From an uncultured Verrucomicrobiae bacterium (lineage in GTDB: Bacteria > Verrucomicrobiota > Verrucomicrobiia > Opitutales > JABDGR01): a DNA stretch of 64,000 bases. The notes below the pieces were generated by a model. The model had not been told where the DNA came from and made no database searches. It worked only from the letters and a program-made list of their open reading frames with translations. Within the stretch, counting starts at the first letter, position 1; the number at the start of each line of letters is the position of its first letter. Below, piece by piece: positions 1 to 10,542 of this stretch. The position numbers were made by a program, and so were the translations under genes. The stretch covers positions 32,001 through 96,000 of the forward strand of contig CAVXVB010000005.1 of the NCBI GenBank assembly GCA_963765205.1. Direction: 5' to 3'.

Positions 1-1164
1 ACAGAACGTGACATGCACTACCGAAAATCCGAGTCGCAAGGAGGTTTGTTCGATTATCACCAGCATTGCGCCGGGTTGGCGGCGCGGGGCACGAGTCTGG
101 ACCGGCTGAAGGCGGCGGTGGACTGGGAAGCCTTCCGCGCCCCACTCGAGCGCCACCTGGCCTATGAGGACGGGGCCAAAGGCGGGCGTCCGGCGTGGGA
201 TCCGGTGCTGATGTTCCAGGTGCTGGTGCTGCAAAAGTTCCACGGGCTGAGCGACGCGCAGACCGAGTTTCAAATCCTCGATCGGTTCAGCTTCCAGCGG
301 TTCATGGGCCTGCGGGCGGGCGACGCCGCGCCGGACGAGAAGACGATCTGGGTGTTCAAGGAGCGCCTCGGCCCGGACGGGGTGCGGGCGTTGTTCGAGT
401 TGTTCAACGCGCAACTGGCCGCGCGGGGGCTGATCGGCCAGCAGGGCAAGATCGTGGACGCCACGTTTGTCGAGGCCCCGCGCCCGCGCGCCGCGCGCCA
501 GCCGGAGCATCCCCCCGCCGCGCGGCAGCAGGACGCCGACGCCCGCTGGACCGAGCAAGGCGGCCAGGCGCACTACGGTTACAAAAACCACGCCAAGGCC
601 GACGCGCGCAGCAAGCTCGTGGCGGACTACACGGTGACCCCCGCCAACACCCACGACAGCCAAAAACTCGACGAGCTGGCCGCGCCCGGCGACCGCGTCA
701 TTTACGCCGACAGCGCCTACAGCGGCGGGCCCATCGCGAAACAACTCGCGACCAAAAAGCTCGCCGGGCGCATCCTGGAAAAAGCGCGGCGCGGCCATCC
801 GCTGACCCGCGCGCAGGAAAAACGCAACCGCCGCCAAAGCGCCGTCCGCAGCCGGGTCGAGCACGTCTTCGCCCGGCTGGCCCACTGGCGGGCAGACTGG
901 TTCCGCCGCAAAGGTTTGGCCCGCGCCCGTTTTGAAATCGGCCTGGCCAACCTGGTTTACAACCTTGACCGCTACGCCTGGCTGCAAAGTGCCGGTTAGA
1001 GCCGGACGAATCGCGCCCCGCTGCCGGTTCAGAGCAAGAAACCCACTCATCATCCCGCCAAACCACCGCGGGCAACTCATGCCGGGCGCTTCCCTCCCGG
1101 ATGCCGCTAGAAAATCACGCAAAATTACCCTTGTGTGGCCCAAGCCAAGTTGTTAGAAGTGCCC
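1..1164 (+). mobile_element. IS5-family insertion sequence (left end outside window)
   Basis: Transposase 13-999; likely right terminal IR TTGTTAGAAGTGCCC ending at 1164; GC-richer than the following gene. Confidence 0.7.
13..999 (+). CDS. IS5-family DDE transposase
   Basis: Motifs GGRPAWD, LSD..TE, PDEKTIW, IVDAT, HYGYKNH, YADSAY, RSRVEHVF. Confidence 0.92.
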   Translation: MHYRKSESQGGLFDYHQHCAGLAARGTSLDRLKAAVDWEAFRAPLERHLAYEDGAKGGRPAWDPVLMFQVLVLQKFHGLSDAQTEFQILDRFSFQRFMGLRAGDAAPDEKTIWVFKERLGPDGVRALFELFNAQLAARGLIGQQGKIVDATFVEAPRPRAARQPEHPPAARQQDADARWTEQGGQAHYGYKNHAKADARSKLVADYTVTPANTHDSQKLDELAAPGDRVIYADSAYSGGPIAKQLATKKLAGRILEKARRGHPLTRAQEKRNRRQSAVRSRVEHVFARLAHWRADWFRRKGLARARFEIGLANLVYNLDRYAWLQSAG

Positions 1165-1167
1165 ACC

Positions 1168-3666
1168 ATGAAAACCGACATTCTTCCCGCGGAACTACTC
1201 CAGAAGATTAACGCTTACTGGCGCGCCGCCAACTACCTATCCGTCGGTCAGATTTATCTCTATGATAATCCGCTGCTGAAACAGCCGCTGAAACTGTCGC
1301 ACGTCAAGCCGCTGGTGGTTGGGCACTGGGGCACAACGCCGGGCCAGAACTTTATCTATGTGCATTTGAACCGGGTCATCAAGAAGTATGACTTGGACAT
1401 GTTCTATATCGCCGGTCCCGGCCACGGCGGTCCGGCGCTGGTAGGTAATGTCTATCTCGAAGGCACCTGGAGCGAAATTTATCCGAATGTCACCCAGGAT
1501 GAAGCCGGGCTGAAAAAGCTGTTCAAGCAATTTTCGTTTCCCGGCGGAATTTCCAGCCACGTTGCGCCAACAACGCCGGGGTCAATTCACGAGGGTGGCG
1601 AATTAGGCTATTCGCTCAGCCACGCCTTCGGGGCGGCTTTCGACAATCCTGATTTGATTGTCGCCTGCGTCATCGGCGACGGCGAGGCGGAAACCGGTCC
1701 CTTGGCGACTGCCTGGCAATCCAACAAACTGCTCGATCCAATATCTGACGGCGCGGTGCTCCCGATTCTGCATCTAAATGGCTACAAAATCAGCAACCCG
1801 ACCGTCCTGGCCCGCATCGAACATGAAGAGTTGGAGCAATTTCTGCGCGGCTGCGGCTGGACGCCCTACTTTGTGGAGGGTGATGAACCGGAGAAAATGC
1901 ATCAACTCATGGCTGCAACTTTGGAAACGGCTATTGAGGGCATCCGGCAAATCCAAAGCAATGCACGGAACAATCACGACCCTTCTCGACCACGTTGGCC
2001 CATGATTGTCCTCCGGTCACCCAAAGGCTGGACGGGGCCGAAAATTGTTGATGGCCTGCAAATCGAGGGAACTTTTCGAGCGCATCAGGTGCCACTTTTG
2101 GTGGATGCTGAACACCCCGAGCATGTTCAACAGCTTGAAAGCTGGATGAAAAGCTACAAAGCCGAGGAGCTGTTCGATAAAAATGGCCGTCTTATACCAG
2201 AATTGGCCGAATTGGCACCCAAAGGCAACCGACGGATGGGCGCGAATCCTCACGCCAATGGCGGCATTCTGCTGCGCGACCTGCGGATGCCGGACTTTCA
2301 TGTCCACGCGGTAAATGTCCCTTCGCCGGGTGCGGTTGACGGCCAGGATACGCTCGTGCTGGGCAATTTCCTGCGCGATGTGACCAAGCTGAATCAGGAC
2401 CAGCATAATTTCCGCATCTTCGGCCCCGATGAGACGCTCTCCAATCTCTTGGGCGCAGTATTTGAAGTCACGAGCCGCCAGTGGGATGCCCGTGAAGTAA
2501 AAAATGATGAATTCCTCGCGCCGGCGGGACGCGTGCTGGATTCAATGCTTAGCGAGCACCAATGCGAAGGCTGGCTGGAAGGCTATCTGCTCACCGGCAG
2601 GCATGGGCTGTTCAACAGTTACGAGGCCTTCATTCGTATTGTGGACTCAATGTTTAGCCAGCACGCCAAATGGTTAAAGGTAACGCTGGAACTGCCTTGG
2701 CGGCGGAAAATTGCGTCGTTGAACTACCTGCTGGCCTCCCATGTCTGGCAACAGGACCACAATGGTTTCACACATCAGGATCCCGGTTTCCTTGACCATG
2801 TCATCAACAAGAAGGCTGATATCGTGCGCGTTTATCTTCCGCCCGATGCCAATTGCCTACTGTCCGTCTTTGATCACTGCCTGCGCAGCCGCCATTACGT
2901 CAATGTGGTGGTGGCGGGCAAACACGCCCTCCCGCAATGGTTGACCATGGATGCCGCTGTGGTGCATTGCACGGAAGGAATTGGCATTTGGCAATGGGCC
3001 AGCAACGATCAAGGCGCAGAACCGGACGTGGTCATGGCTTGCTGCGGCGACACACCCACGCTCGAGATTCTGGCTGCGGTTTCGATTCTGCGCCAGTATT
3101 TGCCCGATCTGAAAATCCGGGTGATCAATGTGGTTGATCTGATGAAACTTCAGCCTGCGAGCGAGCACCCTCACGGCCTGAGCGAAACAGACTACGATTC
3201 GCTGTTTACGAAAGACAAGCACATCATCTTTGGCTTTCATGGCTACCCTTGGCTGGTTCACCGGCTGACCTACCATCGCACCAACCGCAACCTCCATGTG
3301 CGCGGATACAAGGAAGAAGGCACCATCACGACGGCCTTTGACATGAGGGTGCAGAATGATTTGGACCGCTTCCATCTCGTGCAAGACGTGGTTGATCGCC
3401 TGCCGCAGTTGGGGGCCAAGGGGGCTTACCTGAAGCAAATGGTTCAAGACAAGCTCATCGAGCACAAACAATACATTAACCAACATGGCCAGGATTTGCC
3501 GGAAATCCGCAACTGGAAGTGGGGCAGAAGCGAAACCCATAAAGTCCAACCGTTACCGGAAAGGAAGCGGGTGAACGGAACGGCCATTGGAAATGCTGAA
3601 GCAAAGCCCGATAAAATTGCCCGGAAAAAAAACGAAGGAATCCCCCATGCCTATTCAACTCCATGA
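1168..3666 (+). CDS. xfp: Xylulose-5-P/fructose-6-P phosphoketolase
   Basis: [29 protein letters not shown] (ThDP motif), [19 protein letters not shown]; start placed at ATG 1168 because upstream codons are IS sequence. Confidence 0.95.
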   Translation: MKTDILPAELLQKINAYWRAANYLSVGQIYLYDNPLLKQPLKLSHVKPLVVGHWGTTPGQNFIYVHLNRVIKKYDLDMFYIAGPGHGGPALVGNVYLEGTWSEIYPNVTQDEAGLKKLFKQFSFPGGISSHVAPTTPGSIHEGGELGYSLSHAFGAAFDNPDLIVACVIGDGEAETGPLATAWQSNKLLDPISDGAVLPILHLNGYKISNPTVLARIEHEELEQFLRGCGWTPYFVEGDEPEKMHQLMAATLETAIEGIRQIQSNARNNHDPSRPRWPMIVLRSPKGWTGPKIVDGLQIEGTFRAHQVPLLVDAEHPEHVQQLESWMKSYKAEELFDKNGRLIPELAELAPKGNRRMGANPHANGGILLRDLRMPDFHVHAVNVPSPGAVDGQDTLVLGNFLRDVTKLNQDQHNFRIFGPDETLSNLLGAVFEVTSRQWDAREVKNDEFLAPAGRVLDSMLSEHQCEGWLEGYLLTGRHGLFNSYEAFIRIVDSMFSQHAKWLKVTLELPWRRKIASLNYLLASHVWQQDHNGFTHQDPGFLDHVINKKADIVRVYLPPDANCLLSVFDHCLRSRHYVNVVVAGKHALPQWLTMDAAVVHCTEGIGIWQWASNDQGAEPDVVMACCGDTPTLEILAAVSILRQYLPDLKIRVINVVDLMKLQPASEHPHGLSETDYDSLFTKDKHIIFGFHGYPWLVHRLTYHRTNRNLHVRGYKEEGTITTAFDMRVQNDLDRFHLVQDVVDRLPQLGAKGAYLKQMVQDKLIEHKQYINQHGQDLPEIRNWKWGRSETHKVQPLPERKRVNGTAIGNAEAKPDKIARKKNEGIPHAYSTP

Positions 3667-4069
3667 AGAAAATGACGGGAAGATACTCGTCGTTCACGTC
3701 ACCGGAAGGCTGGTAAAGAAGGATTACGGGCACTTTGTGTCGGAATTCGCGCGACTCCTCCGGCTGCATGGAAGATTGCGCGTGCTCTTCGACATGACCG
3801 GTTTCCAGGGCTGGAACGCGGCTGCGATGTGGGAGGACATCAAGTTCGATTTCAAACACTTTGCCGACATCGAACGACTCGCGATGGTTGGGGACAAGCA
3901 GTGGCAGCATTTCATGGCGATCTTCTTCAAGCCTTTCACCAACGCGGAGAGCCGCTACTTCGACCACGCCGACCTAGTGAAGGCGCGGAAGTGGCTGCAC
4001 GCAGGAAATCGCACCCGAAAAAAACTGGAGCCAAGCAAGCGCAACCCCGGCCCAAAATTATTCCTCTAA
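3647..4069 (+). CDS. STAS/SEC14 (SpoIIAA-like) domain protein
   Basis: [37 protein letters not shown]...A..WL pattern. Confidence 0.8.
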   Translation: MPIQLHEENDGKILVVHVTGRLVKKDYGHFVSEFARLLRLHGRLRVLFDMTGFQGWNAAAMWEDIKFDFKHFADIERLAMVGDKQWQHFMAIFFKPFTNAESRYFDHADLVKARKWLHAGNRTRKKLEPSKRNPGPKLFL

Positions 4070-4094
4070 AGACATGGAAAGCAGGGAAAAGCCA

Positions 4095-4319
4095 ATGAAT
4101 GACCATCAAAACAGTGACAGCGCGCACGGCGGCCCGAACCCCGACGGCATTCACCATGTCCAGCGCCCTTACTGGAAGCGCGCGCACCATGACTGGCGCT
4201 TCTGGGTCGCCGCTTTTTTTATTTTTGCGGCAATGATTTTCTACGTGGTGACAGTGGAGTTTTCGCTGGCACCTGGTCGCCACTCACCACAACTGATTGT
4301 AAGCCCGGCCGGAAAATAA
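4095..4319 (+). CDS. Small single-pass membrane protein
   Basis: RPYWKRAHHDWRFWV followed by one hydrophobic helix; in operon orientation. Confidence 0.55.
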   Translation: MNDHQNSDSAHGGPNPDGIHHVQRPYWKRAHHDWRFWVAAFFIFAAMIFYVVTVEFSLAPGRHSPQLIVSPAGK

Positions 4320-4360
4320 CCGGACCAACACCGGGTCTTCCATCCAGGAAATTCTCCCCA

Positions 4361-5428
4361 ATGAATGTGCAGGATTTAATCAACACGGCGAAGGCCCTCG
4401 TCGCAGACGACAAGGGCTTGCTGGCGATGGATGAAAGCAATCCCACCTGCAACAAACGATTTGCCCAGTTGGGGATTCCGCAGACGGTGGAGGCTCGGCG
4501 CGCCTATCGGGAGTTGATTGTGACGACACCCGGTCTCGGTGAGAGCATTGGCGGTGCGATCCTCTACGACGAAACAATCCGCCAGGAGAAAAAAGACGGG
4601 ACTCCCTTTATTAAAGTCCTTGCCGATGCGGGAATCATTCCCGGCATCAAGGTTGACGCCGGGGCCAAGGACATGGCGGGTCATCCCGGCGAAAAAGTAA
4701 CCGAAGGGCTGGATGGATTGCGCGACCGTCTGGCGGAATATTCCCAAATGGGCGCCCGTTTTGCCAAATGGCGCGCGGTAATTGCCGTGGGCGAGAGCAT
4801 TCCCAGCCGAGGTTGTATTGAGGCCAACGCGCACGCGCTGGCCCGTTACGCCGCATTATGCCAGGAAGCTGGGCTGGTTCCCGTTGTTGAGGCGGAAGTA
4901 CTCATGGGCGGCGAGCATATTTTAGAACGGTGCCGCGAACTGACGGAGGAAGCCCTGCGATCGGTTTTTATTCAGCTTAACCATCAACGCGTGATGCTGG
5001 AGGGCCTGATCCTCAAACCCAACATGGTGCTGCCGGGATTGACCTGCCCAAAGCAGGAAACGGTGGACGAGGTCGCCGAAACTACGGTGAAGAGTCTCTT
5101 ACGAGTTGTGCCTGCGGCCGTTCCGGCGATTGCATTCTTATCTGGCGGCCAATCCGGCGAACTGGCGTCCGCCCGTCTTAATGCCATGAATGTCCAATTC
5201 AAGTCGCGCCTGCCATGGGCGCTGGCGTTTTCGTTTGCCCGCGCCATTCAGCAACCGGCTTTGGAAATTTGGCACGGCCAGGAGAGCTATGTGCCAGCGG
5301 CGCAGCAAGCACTTTTACATCGTGCGAAGTGCAACCGCGCCGCGCGCCGAGGCGAATACAGTTCCACCATGGAAAAAAACATGCTGAGGGCAACGACGTT
5401 CCCGCAACCTGCGAAACCCGCAGCCTAG
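4361..5428 (+). CDS. Class I fructose-bisphosphate aldolase
   Basis: KGLLAMDES, GIKVD, FAKWRAV, LKPNMV (Schiff-base Lys), FLSGGQ. Confidence 0.93.
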   Translation: MNVQDLINTAKALVADDKGLLAMDESNPTCNKRFAQLGIPQTVEARRAYRELIVTTPGLGESIGGAILYDETIRQEKKDGTPFIKVLADAGIIPGIKVDAGAKDMAGHPGEKVTEGLDGLRDRLAEYSQMGARFAKWRAVIAVGESIPSRGCIEANAHALARYAALCQEAGLVPVVEAEVLMGGEHILERCRELTEEALRSVFIQLNHQRVMLEGLILKPNMVLPGLTCPKQETVDEVAETTVKSLLRVVPAAVPAIAFLSGGQSGELASARLNAMNVQFKSRLPWALAFSFARAIQQPALEIWHGQESYVPAAQQALLHRAKCNRAARRGEYSSTMEKNMLRATTFPQPAKPAA

Positions 5429-5451
5429 CGAAGATAGAAAGAACATCCCAT

Positions 5452-8166
5452 ATGAACACTGACACCAACAAGCCTTCTGCGCCCGAATCAAAGAACGATG
5501 CGCCCAAAGAATCGAAGCCCAAGGCCCCCGAATTGAAACCGGGAGCGAAGCCCGATGCCAAGGCCGCCCCGCAGGACGATTTGAAAACGCTGCCTTTACC
5601 CGAAGTGGAGAAAAAATTGCAGTCGTCTCCAGACGGCCTCACTCAAGCTGAGGCGGTAAAGCGGCTGGCTCAATATGGACCGAACGAAATTGAAGAGAAG
5701 AAGACTAACCTGTTCCTAAAATTCCTCACTTATTTTTGGGGTCCCATTCCATGGATGATTGAAATCGCGGTGATTCTGTCGGGTGTGGTCCGGCATTGGC
5801 CGGATTTTTTCATCATCCTCGTTTTGCTTGTTTCCAACGCCGTGGTCGGATTCTGGGAAGAACGCGCGGCGGGCAATGCCATCGAAGCCCTGAAGGCCAA
5901 GCTGGCGATCAAGGCCCGGGTGAAACGAGACGGCAAGTGGCTCAACCCACCAGCGCGGGAACTCGTGCCGGGCGATGTCATCCGTATGCGACTGGGCGAC
6001 ATTGTGCCGGCGGATGCGCGCCTGCTGGATGGCGATGAGATTTCTGTGGATCAGTCCGCACTTACTGGTGAATCGTTGCCGACCACGCGCAAACCCGGCG
6101 AAGCGGTGTTTTCCGGTTCAATCATTCGCCGGGGTGAGATCGGCGCCTTGGTCTATGCCACGGGTGGAAAGACTTACTTCGGCAAGACGGCGCAATTAGT
6201 GCAGGACGCGCATACCGTAAGCCACTTTCAAAAAGCGGTTTTGAAGATCGGTAATTACCTTATCATTCTCGCGGTGGCTTTGGTGGCGGTGATTATCACC
6301 GTCGCGATCTTCCGCGGCGACCCCATCCTCACTACGTTGCAATTTGCCCTGGTGTTGACCGTGGCCGCGATCCCGGTGGCGATGCCGACGGTGTTGTCGG
6401 TGACGATGGCTGTCGGCGCGCGCCTGCTCGCCAAGAAACAGGCGATTGTCAGCAAGTTAGTGGCCATCGAGGAATTGGCGGGGGTGGACGTGTTATGCGC
6501 GGACAAGACCGGCACTCTGACCCAGAACAAATTGACGCTGGGCGACCCGTTCAGCGTGAACAATATTCCCGCCGAGCAAGTCATCCTCAACGGCGCGCTG
6601 GCGTCGCGCGCGGATAACAATGACACCATTGATCTGGCCGTGCTGGGTGGCCTGAAAGACAAGGATGCCATGAAGGGCTATCAGGTGCTCCACTTCCAGC
6701 CCTTCGATCCGGTGCATAAACGCACCGAGGCTACCATCAAGGGCTCGGACGGCAAAGAATTCAAGGTGTCAAAAGGTGCGCCGCAGGTGATTTTGCAGTT
6801 GTCGGCCAACGCCGGCCAAGTGAAGAACGCCGTTGACAATGCTGTCAACGAATTCGCGGCGCGCGGCTTTCGTTCGCTGGGCGTCGCGCGAGCCGGTGGA
6901 GACGGCCAATGGCAATTTCTGGGAGTGCTGCCCTTATTTGACCCGCCTCGTGAAGATGCCAAGGCCACCATCGCAACTGCGCTGGCCATGGGGGTAAAGG
7001 TCAAGATGGTGACGGGAGATGCATTGGCCATCGCCAAAGAAACCGCCCAAAAGTTGAACATGGGCGCAAATATCCTCGACGCCGCCGGCCTGGGTGACTC
7101 GAAGCATGATGAGACGGCGGCGGTGGCCGAGTCCATTGAAAAAGCGGACGGTTTCGCCCAGGTGTTCCCCGAGCACAAATACCACATTGTGGATGTGCTG
7201 CAAAAACGCGGCCACATCGTCGGCATGACGGGCGACGGGGTGAACGACGCCCCGGCCTTGAAGAAAGCCGATTGCGGCATCGCCGTTTCGGGCGCGACGG
7301 ACGCGGCGCGCGCCGCCGCCGCCATCGTGCTGCTGACGCCCGGCCTGTCGGTGATTATTGATGCGATCAAGGAGAGCCGGCGCATCTTTCAACGGATGAA
7401 CAGCTACGCGATTTACCGCATCGCCGAAACGCTGCGCGTGCTGTTCTTTATGACCCTGGCGATCCTGGTGTTTAACTTTTATCCCCTGACGGCGGTGATG
7501 ATCGTAATGCTGGCATTGCTCAACGACGGCGCCATCCTGTCCATCGCGTATGACAACGTTCACTACAAGGATAAGCCCGAGGCGTGGAACATGCGCATGG
7601 TGCTGGGAGTCTCCACGGTGCTGGGGGTGATCGGAGTCGTCTCTGCATTCGGTTTGTTTTATCTCGGTGAGCGCGTGTTTAAACTCGACCGTGCGCACAT
7701 TCAGACTCTGATGTATTTGAAACTGTCCGTGGCGGGACATTTGACAATTTTCCTCACTCGCACGCGCGGCCCCTTCTGGTCCATCCGCCCGGCCAAGACT
7801 TTATGGATCGCCGTGCTCGGCACGCAAATCGTGGCGACACTGATCGCCGTTTATGGACTTTTTATGACCCCACTTGGCTGGGGTTGGGCCGCGTTTGTTT
7901 GGGTTTATGCGCTGGCCTGGTTTCTCGTGAATGACCGTTTGAAACTGCTCGCCTATCGGATTTTCGATCCAGTGAAAGCCCCGGCCCCGACCGATTTGAC
8001 GCCGCAAATCGCCCGGCAAGCTTATGCACTCTATGAGCAACAGGGCCACCACGAAGGCCACGCCGTAGAGAATTGGCTGCAGGCGGAGCAAAAGATCCGA
8101 AAAGATGAGTCCCCGCAGCAAGCCGACGTGAAACCAACGGTGGTTACGACGAAAGGATCAAAATGA
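5452..8166 (+). CDS. Plasma-membrane proton-efflux P-type ATPase (type IIIA) with DUF2934-like tail
   Basis: [36 protein letters not shown]; tail [24 protein letters not shown]. Confidence 0.92.
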   Translation: MNTDTNKPSAPESKNDAPKESKPKAPELKPGAKPDAKAAPQDDLKTLPLPEVEKKLQSSPDGLTQAEAVKRLAQYGPNEIEEKKTNLFLKFLTYFWGPIPWMIEIAVILSGVVRHWPDFFIILVLLVSNAVVGFWEERAAGNAIEALKAKLAIKARVKRDGKWLNPPARELVPGDVIRMRLGDIVPADARLLDGDEISVDQSALTGESLPTTRKPGEAVFSGSIIRRGEIGALVYATGGKTYFGKTAQLVQDAHTVSHFQKAVLKIGNYLIILAVALVAVIITVAIFRGDPILTTLQFALVLTVAAIPVAMPTVLSVTMAVGARLLAKKQAIVSKLVAIEELAGVDVLCADKTGTLTQNKLTLGDPFSVNNIPAEQVILNGALASRADNNDTIDLAVLGGLKDKDAMKGYQVLHFQPFDPVHKRTEATIKGSDGKEFKVSKGAPQVILQLSANAGQVKNAVDNAVNEFAARGFRSLGVARAGGDGQWQFLGVLPLFDPPREDAKATIATALAMGVKVKMVTGDALAIAKETAQKLNMGANILDAAGLGDSKHDETAAVAESIEKADGFAQVFPEHKYHIVDVLQKRGHIVGMTGDGVNDAPALKKADCGIAVSGATDAARAAAAIVLLTPGLSVIIDAIKESRRIFQRMNSYAIYRIAETLRVLFFMTLAILVFNFYPLTAVMIVMLALLNDGAILSIAYDNVHYKDKPEAWNMRMVLGVSTVLGVIGVVSAFGLFYLGERVFKLDRAHIQTLMYLKLSVAGHLTIFLTRTRGPFWSIRPAKTLWIAVLGTQIVATLIAVYGLFMTPLGWGWAAFVWVYALAWFLVNDRLKLLAYRIFDPVKAPAPTDLTPQIARQAYALYEQQGHHEGHAVENWLQAEQKIRKDESPQQADVKPTVVTTKGSK

Positions 8167-9026
8167 AAATCCGGTCAAAAAATTTCCGCGTGCCGCCCGA
8201 AAAAGAGGTTAAACTCACAGAGTGGCCGACAAAGGTGAAGCCCTTTTTCAAATCGAAGAAGCAGTATCAAAAAATTCTAAGCGAACACGTCGAGGGGTTG
8301 AGTTCGCTGCAACGCCTGCATTATGCATCCAGTCGCTACGCGCTGCTGCTGATTTTTCAGGGCATGGACTCTGCCGGAAAGGACGGCGCCATCCGTCACG
8401 TCATGTCCGGGGTGAATCCACAAGGCTGTGAGGTCTTCAGCTTCAAACAGCCGAGCGAGGAGGAATTGAAGCACGATTTTCTTTGGCGAGAGACCCGCTG
8501 TTTACCGGAACGCGGGCGAATCGGAATTTTCAATCGCTCCTATTACGAAGAGGTGCTTGTGGCGCGCGTGCACCCGGAGATTCTCCGCCGCCAGGAATTG
8601 CCAGTCAAGTTGCTCGACGAGAAAACGATTTGGGAGAAGCGATTTCGGTCGATCGTGGATTTAGAGAGACATCTTCACCGCAATGGCACACGCGTTATAA
8701 AGTTCTTTCTCCACCTATCAAAAGGCGAACAGCGCAAGCGATTCCGCGAGCGCATTGATGAGCCGGAAAAGAACTGGAAATTCAGCCTTGCGGATATTCA
8801 CGAGCGGAAATACTGGAAGCATTACATGGCGGCTTACGAGTCTTGCCTGCGCGCGACCAGCACGCATCACGCCCCATGGTATGTTGTTCCCGCCGACGAC
8901 AAGGAGAACGCCCGATTGATTGTTTCCCAAATTGTTCTTGATGCGCTTAACGGCCTCAAAATGGCTTATCCCGAGACCACCGCAAAACGCCGACAGGAAT
9001 TGAAAGCCATCCGTAAACAGCTCTGA
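8163..9026 (+). CDS. ppk2: Polyphosphate kinase 2 family protein
   Basis: [11 protein letters not shown]alker [23 protein letters not shown]; overlaps ATPase stop (ATGA). Confidence 0.92.
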   Translation: MKIRSKNFRVPPEKEVKLTEWPTKVKPFFKSKKQYQKILSEHVEGLSSLQRLHYASSRYALLLIFQGMDSAGKDGAIRHVMSGVNPQGCEVFSFKQPSEEELKHDFLWRETRCLPERGRIGIFNRSYYEEVLVARVHPEILRRQELPVKLLDEKTIWEKRFRSIVDLERHLHRNGTRVIKFFLHLSKGEQRKRFRERIDEPEKNWKFSLADIHERKYWKHYMAAYESCLRATSTHHAPWYVVPADDKENARLIVSQIVLDALNGLKMAYPETTAKRRQELKAIRKQL

Positions 9027-9199
9027 ATGCAAACGATCTGACATAAGGCAACAGTGCGGCGCATAGTAGGCAGCTTTGACCATCGGAAGGAGTTTCAGTC
9101 CATCTGCAAGCTGGTCGTGCAAAAACTATCTCGAAGCCTCGGCATGAGCACTATATAGCTCTCACGCTGATAGTGGTGAGTTAATCTGAAACACTCCCT

Positions 9200-10396
9200 G
9201 TGGAGCATTCTAATCCCCAATCAAGTTCTTCGACCTTTAGCCGACTTTTGCGCTGCAAAAGGCGGTTTGCGGCGCTTTGGCCGCAAGGCCCAATTGCCCT
9301 CGCCCTCGTGCTGATTGGTGCTGTCAATATTCTCGATGGGTTGAGCATGCCCTGGGCTGTTTTGCAGCAAGTCAGCCCCCTTAACGGAATTGCGGAATCT
9401 CTTTCCGCCCTTGGCGGCACGGTCCAGTGCATCTTGGGTTTGATGCTTGTGCTGGTGAGTTTGGGTCTTTTGTGGCGCTTGGTTTCCGCTTGGATGCTGT
9501 CGCTTTTGTTGCTGGCAATCATGATGGGGGTCAGCGTGGCTGTGCGGCGCTGGGGCTTTGGGCTCGCGCTCCAAGCCATTTTGTTCGCAGCCTTGTTGTG
9601 GGCAAAGCGTAGTTTTCGACGCCGGACTGCCGTGGCCAACCTCGTTTTCTCTATAAGCAGTGTCGTCGGCATAATGGCTTATGGGATCTTTGGCAGTTAT
9701 CTGCTGGGACAGGGCTTTAAGCCGGAGATTCACGACCTGAACACAGCCGCTTATTTCACCGTCACCACCCTCACCACAGTCGCATTTGGCGATATTGTGC
9801 CGGTTACGAACGAGGCACGCTGGTTCGTCGTCTCGCTGGTGGTGATTGGAATCGGTGTGTTTGTTGGCACCATTGCCACGGTGATTGTCCCGAGAATATC
9901 GAGTGAACTTAGCCGCATATTCAATCCAAAGGAAATTATTATGGAACTCAAAGATCATGTCATTCTTGTCGGTCAAGGATCCATTGCGCGAAACACCGCA
10001 GAGGAACTCAAGCGGCGCGGCGTGTCCTTTGTACAAATCGTGGCCACCAAGGTTGGCGCGGACGCACCTGGCCATTTGATCATCGAAGGCGATGCCACCA
10101 CTGATGCCGTCTTGCAAAAAGCCGGCATTCAACATGCCCGCATGGTCATTGCCGCACGGGAAGACGATGGTGAAAATGCTTTCATTTCACTGGGGGCCAA
10201 AGACCTCAATCCAAATGTGCGGGTCATGGCCGTGGCTAGTTCGGCGCTTTCGATGCGACGGTTAAAACTGGCCCGGGCCGATTTGGTGTTTTCGCCTGCC
10301 GCAGTGGGCAGCCGATTGTTGGCCGATCTGGTGGAGGGAGGTCAAATCTCCCCAGAATTTAAGGACTTACTGGAAGGTCACCCCAAAAAGGTTTAA
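9200..10396 (+). CDS. Kch-like potassium channel with TrkA/RCK domain
   Basis: Several TM helices, pore loop YFTVTTLTTVAFGD, C-terminal HVILVG.G / GDAT / A..DD.EN RCK motifs. Confidence 0.82.
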   Translation: MEHSNPQSSSSTFSRLLRCKRRFAALWPQGPIALALVLIGAVNILDGLSMPWAVLQQVSPLNGIAESLSALGGTVQCILGLMLVLVSLGLLWRLVSAWMLSLLLLAIMMGVSVAVRRWGFGLALQAILFAALLWAKRSFRRRTAVANLVFSISSVVGIMAYGIFGSYLLGQGFKPEIHDLNTAAYFTVTTLTTVAFGDIVPVTNEARWFVVSLVVIGIGVFVGTIATVIVPRISSELSRIFNPKEIIMELKDHVILVGQGSIARNTAEELKRRGVSFVQIVATKVGADAPGHLIIEGDATTDAVLQKAGIQHARMVIAAREDDGENAFISLGAKDLNPNVRVMAVASSALSMRRLKLARADLVFSPAAVGSRLLADLVEGGQISPEFKDLLEGHPKKV

Positions 10397-10542
10397 GCCC
10401 ATGAAAATCAGCTTACTGACAGTAAAGGGAAGGGTTCTTGGATTGATAATGCTGCACAATCTGCTGCGAGCCCAAGTGTCTGTCGCAAAAGAAAACCAAT
10501 AATATTTTGAGCTGTGAAAATGCCGAATTTAGGTTGCCAGAA

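Noticed and set aside
5215..5451. N-terminal extension of the ATPase (likewise xfp 1135, virB4 35662, dnaE2 53126)
   Set aside because: These extensions overlap upstream genes or IS sequence; downstream starts fit better
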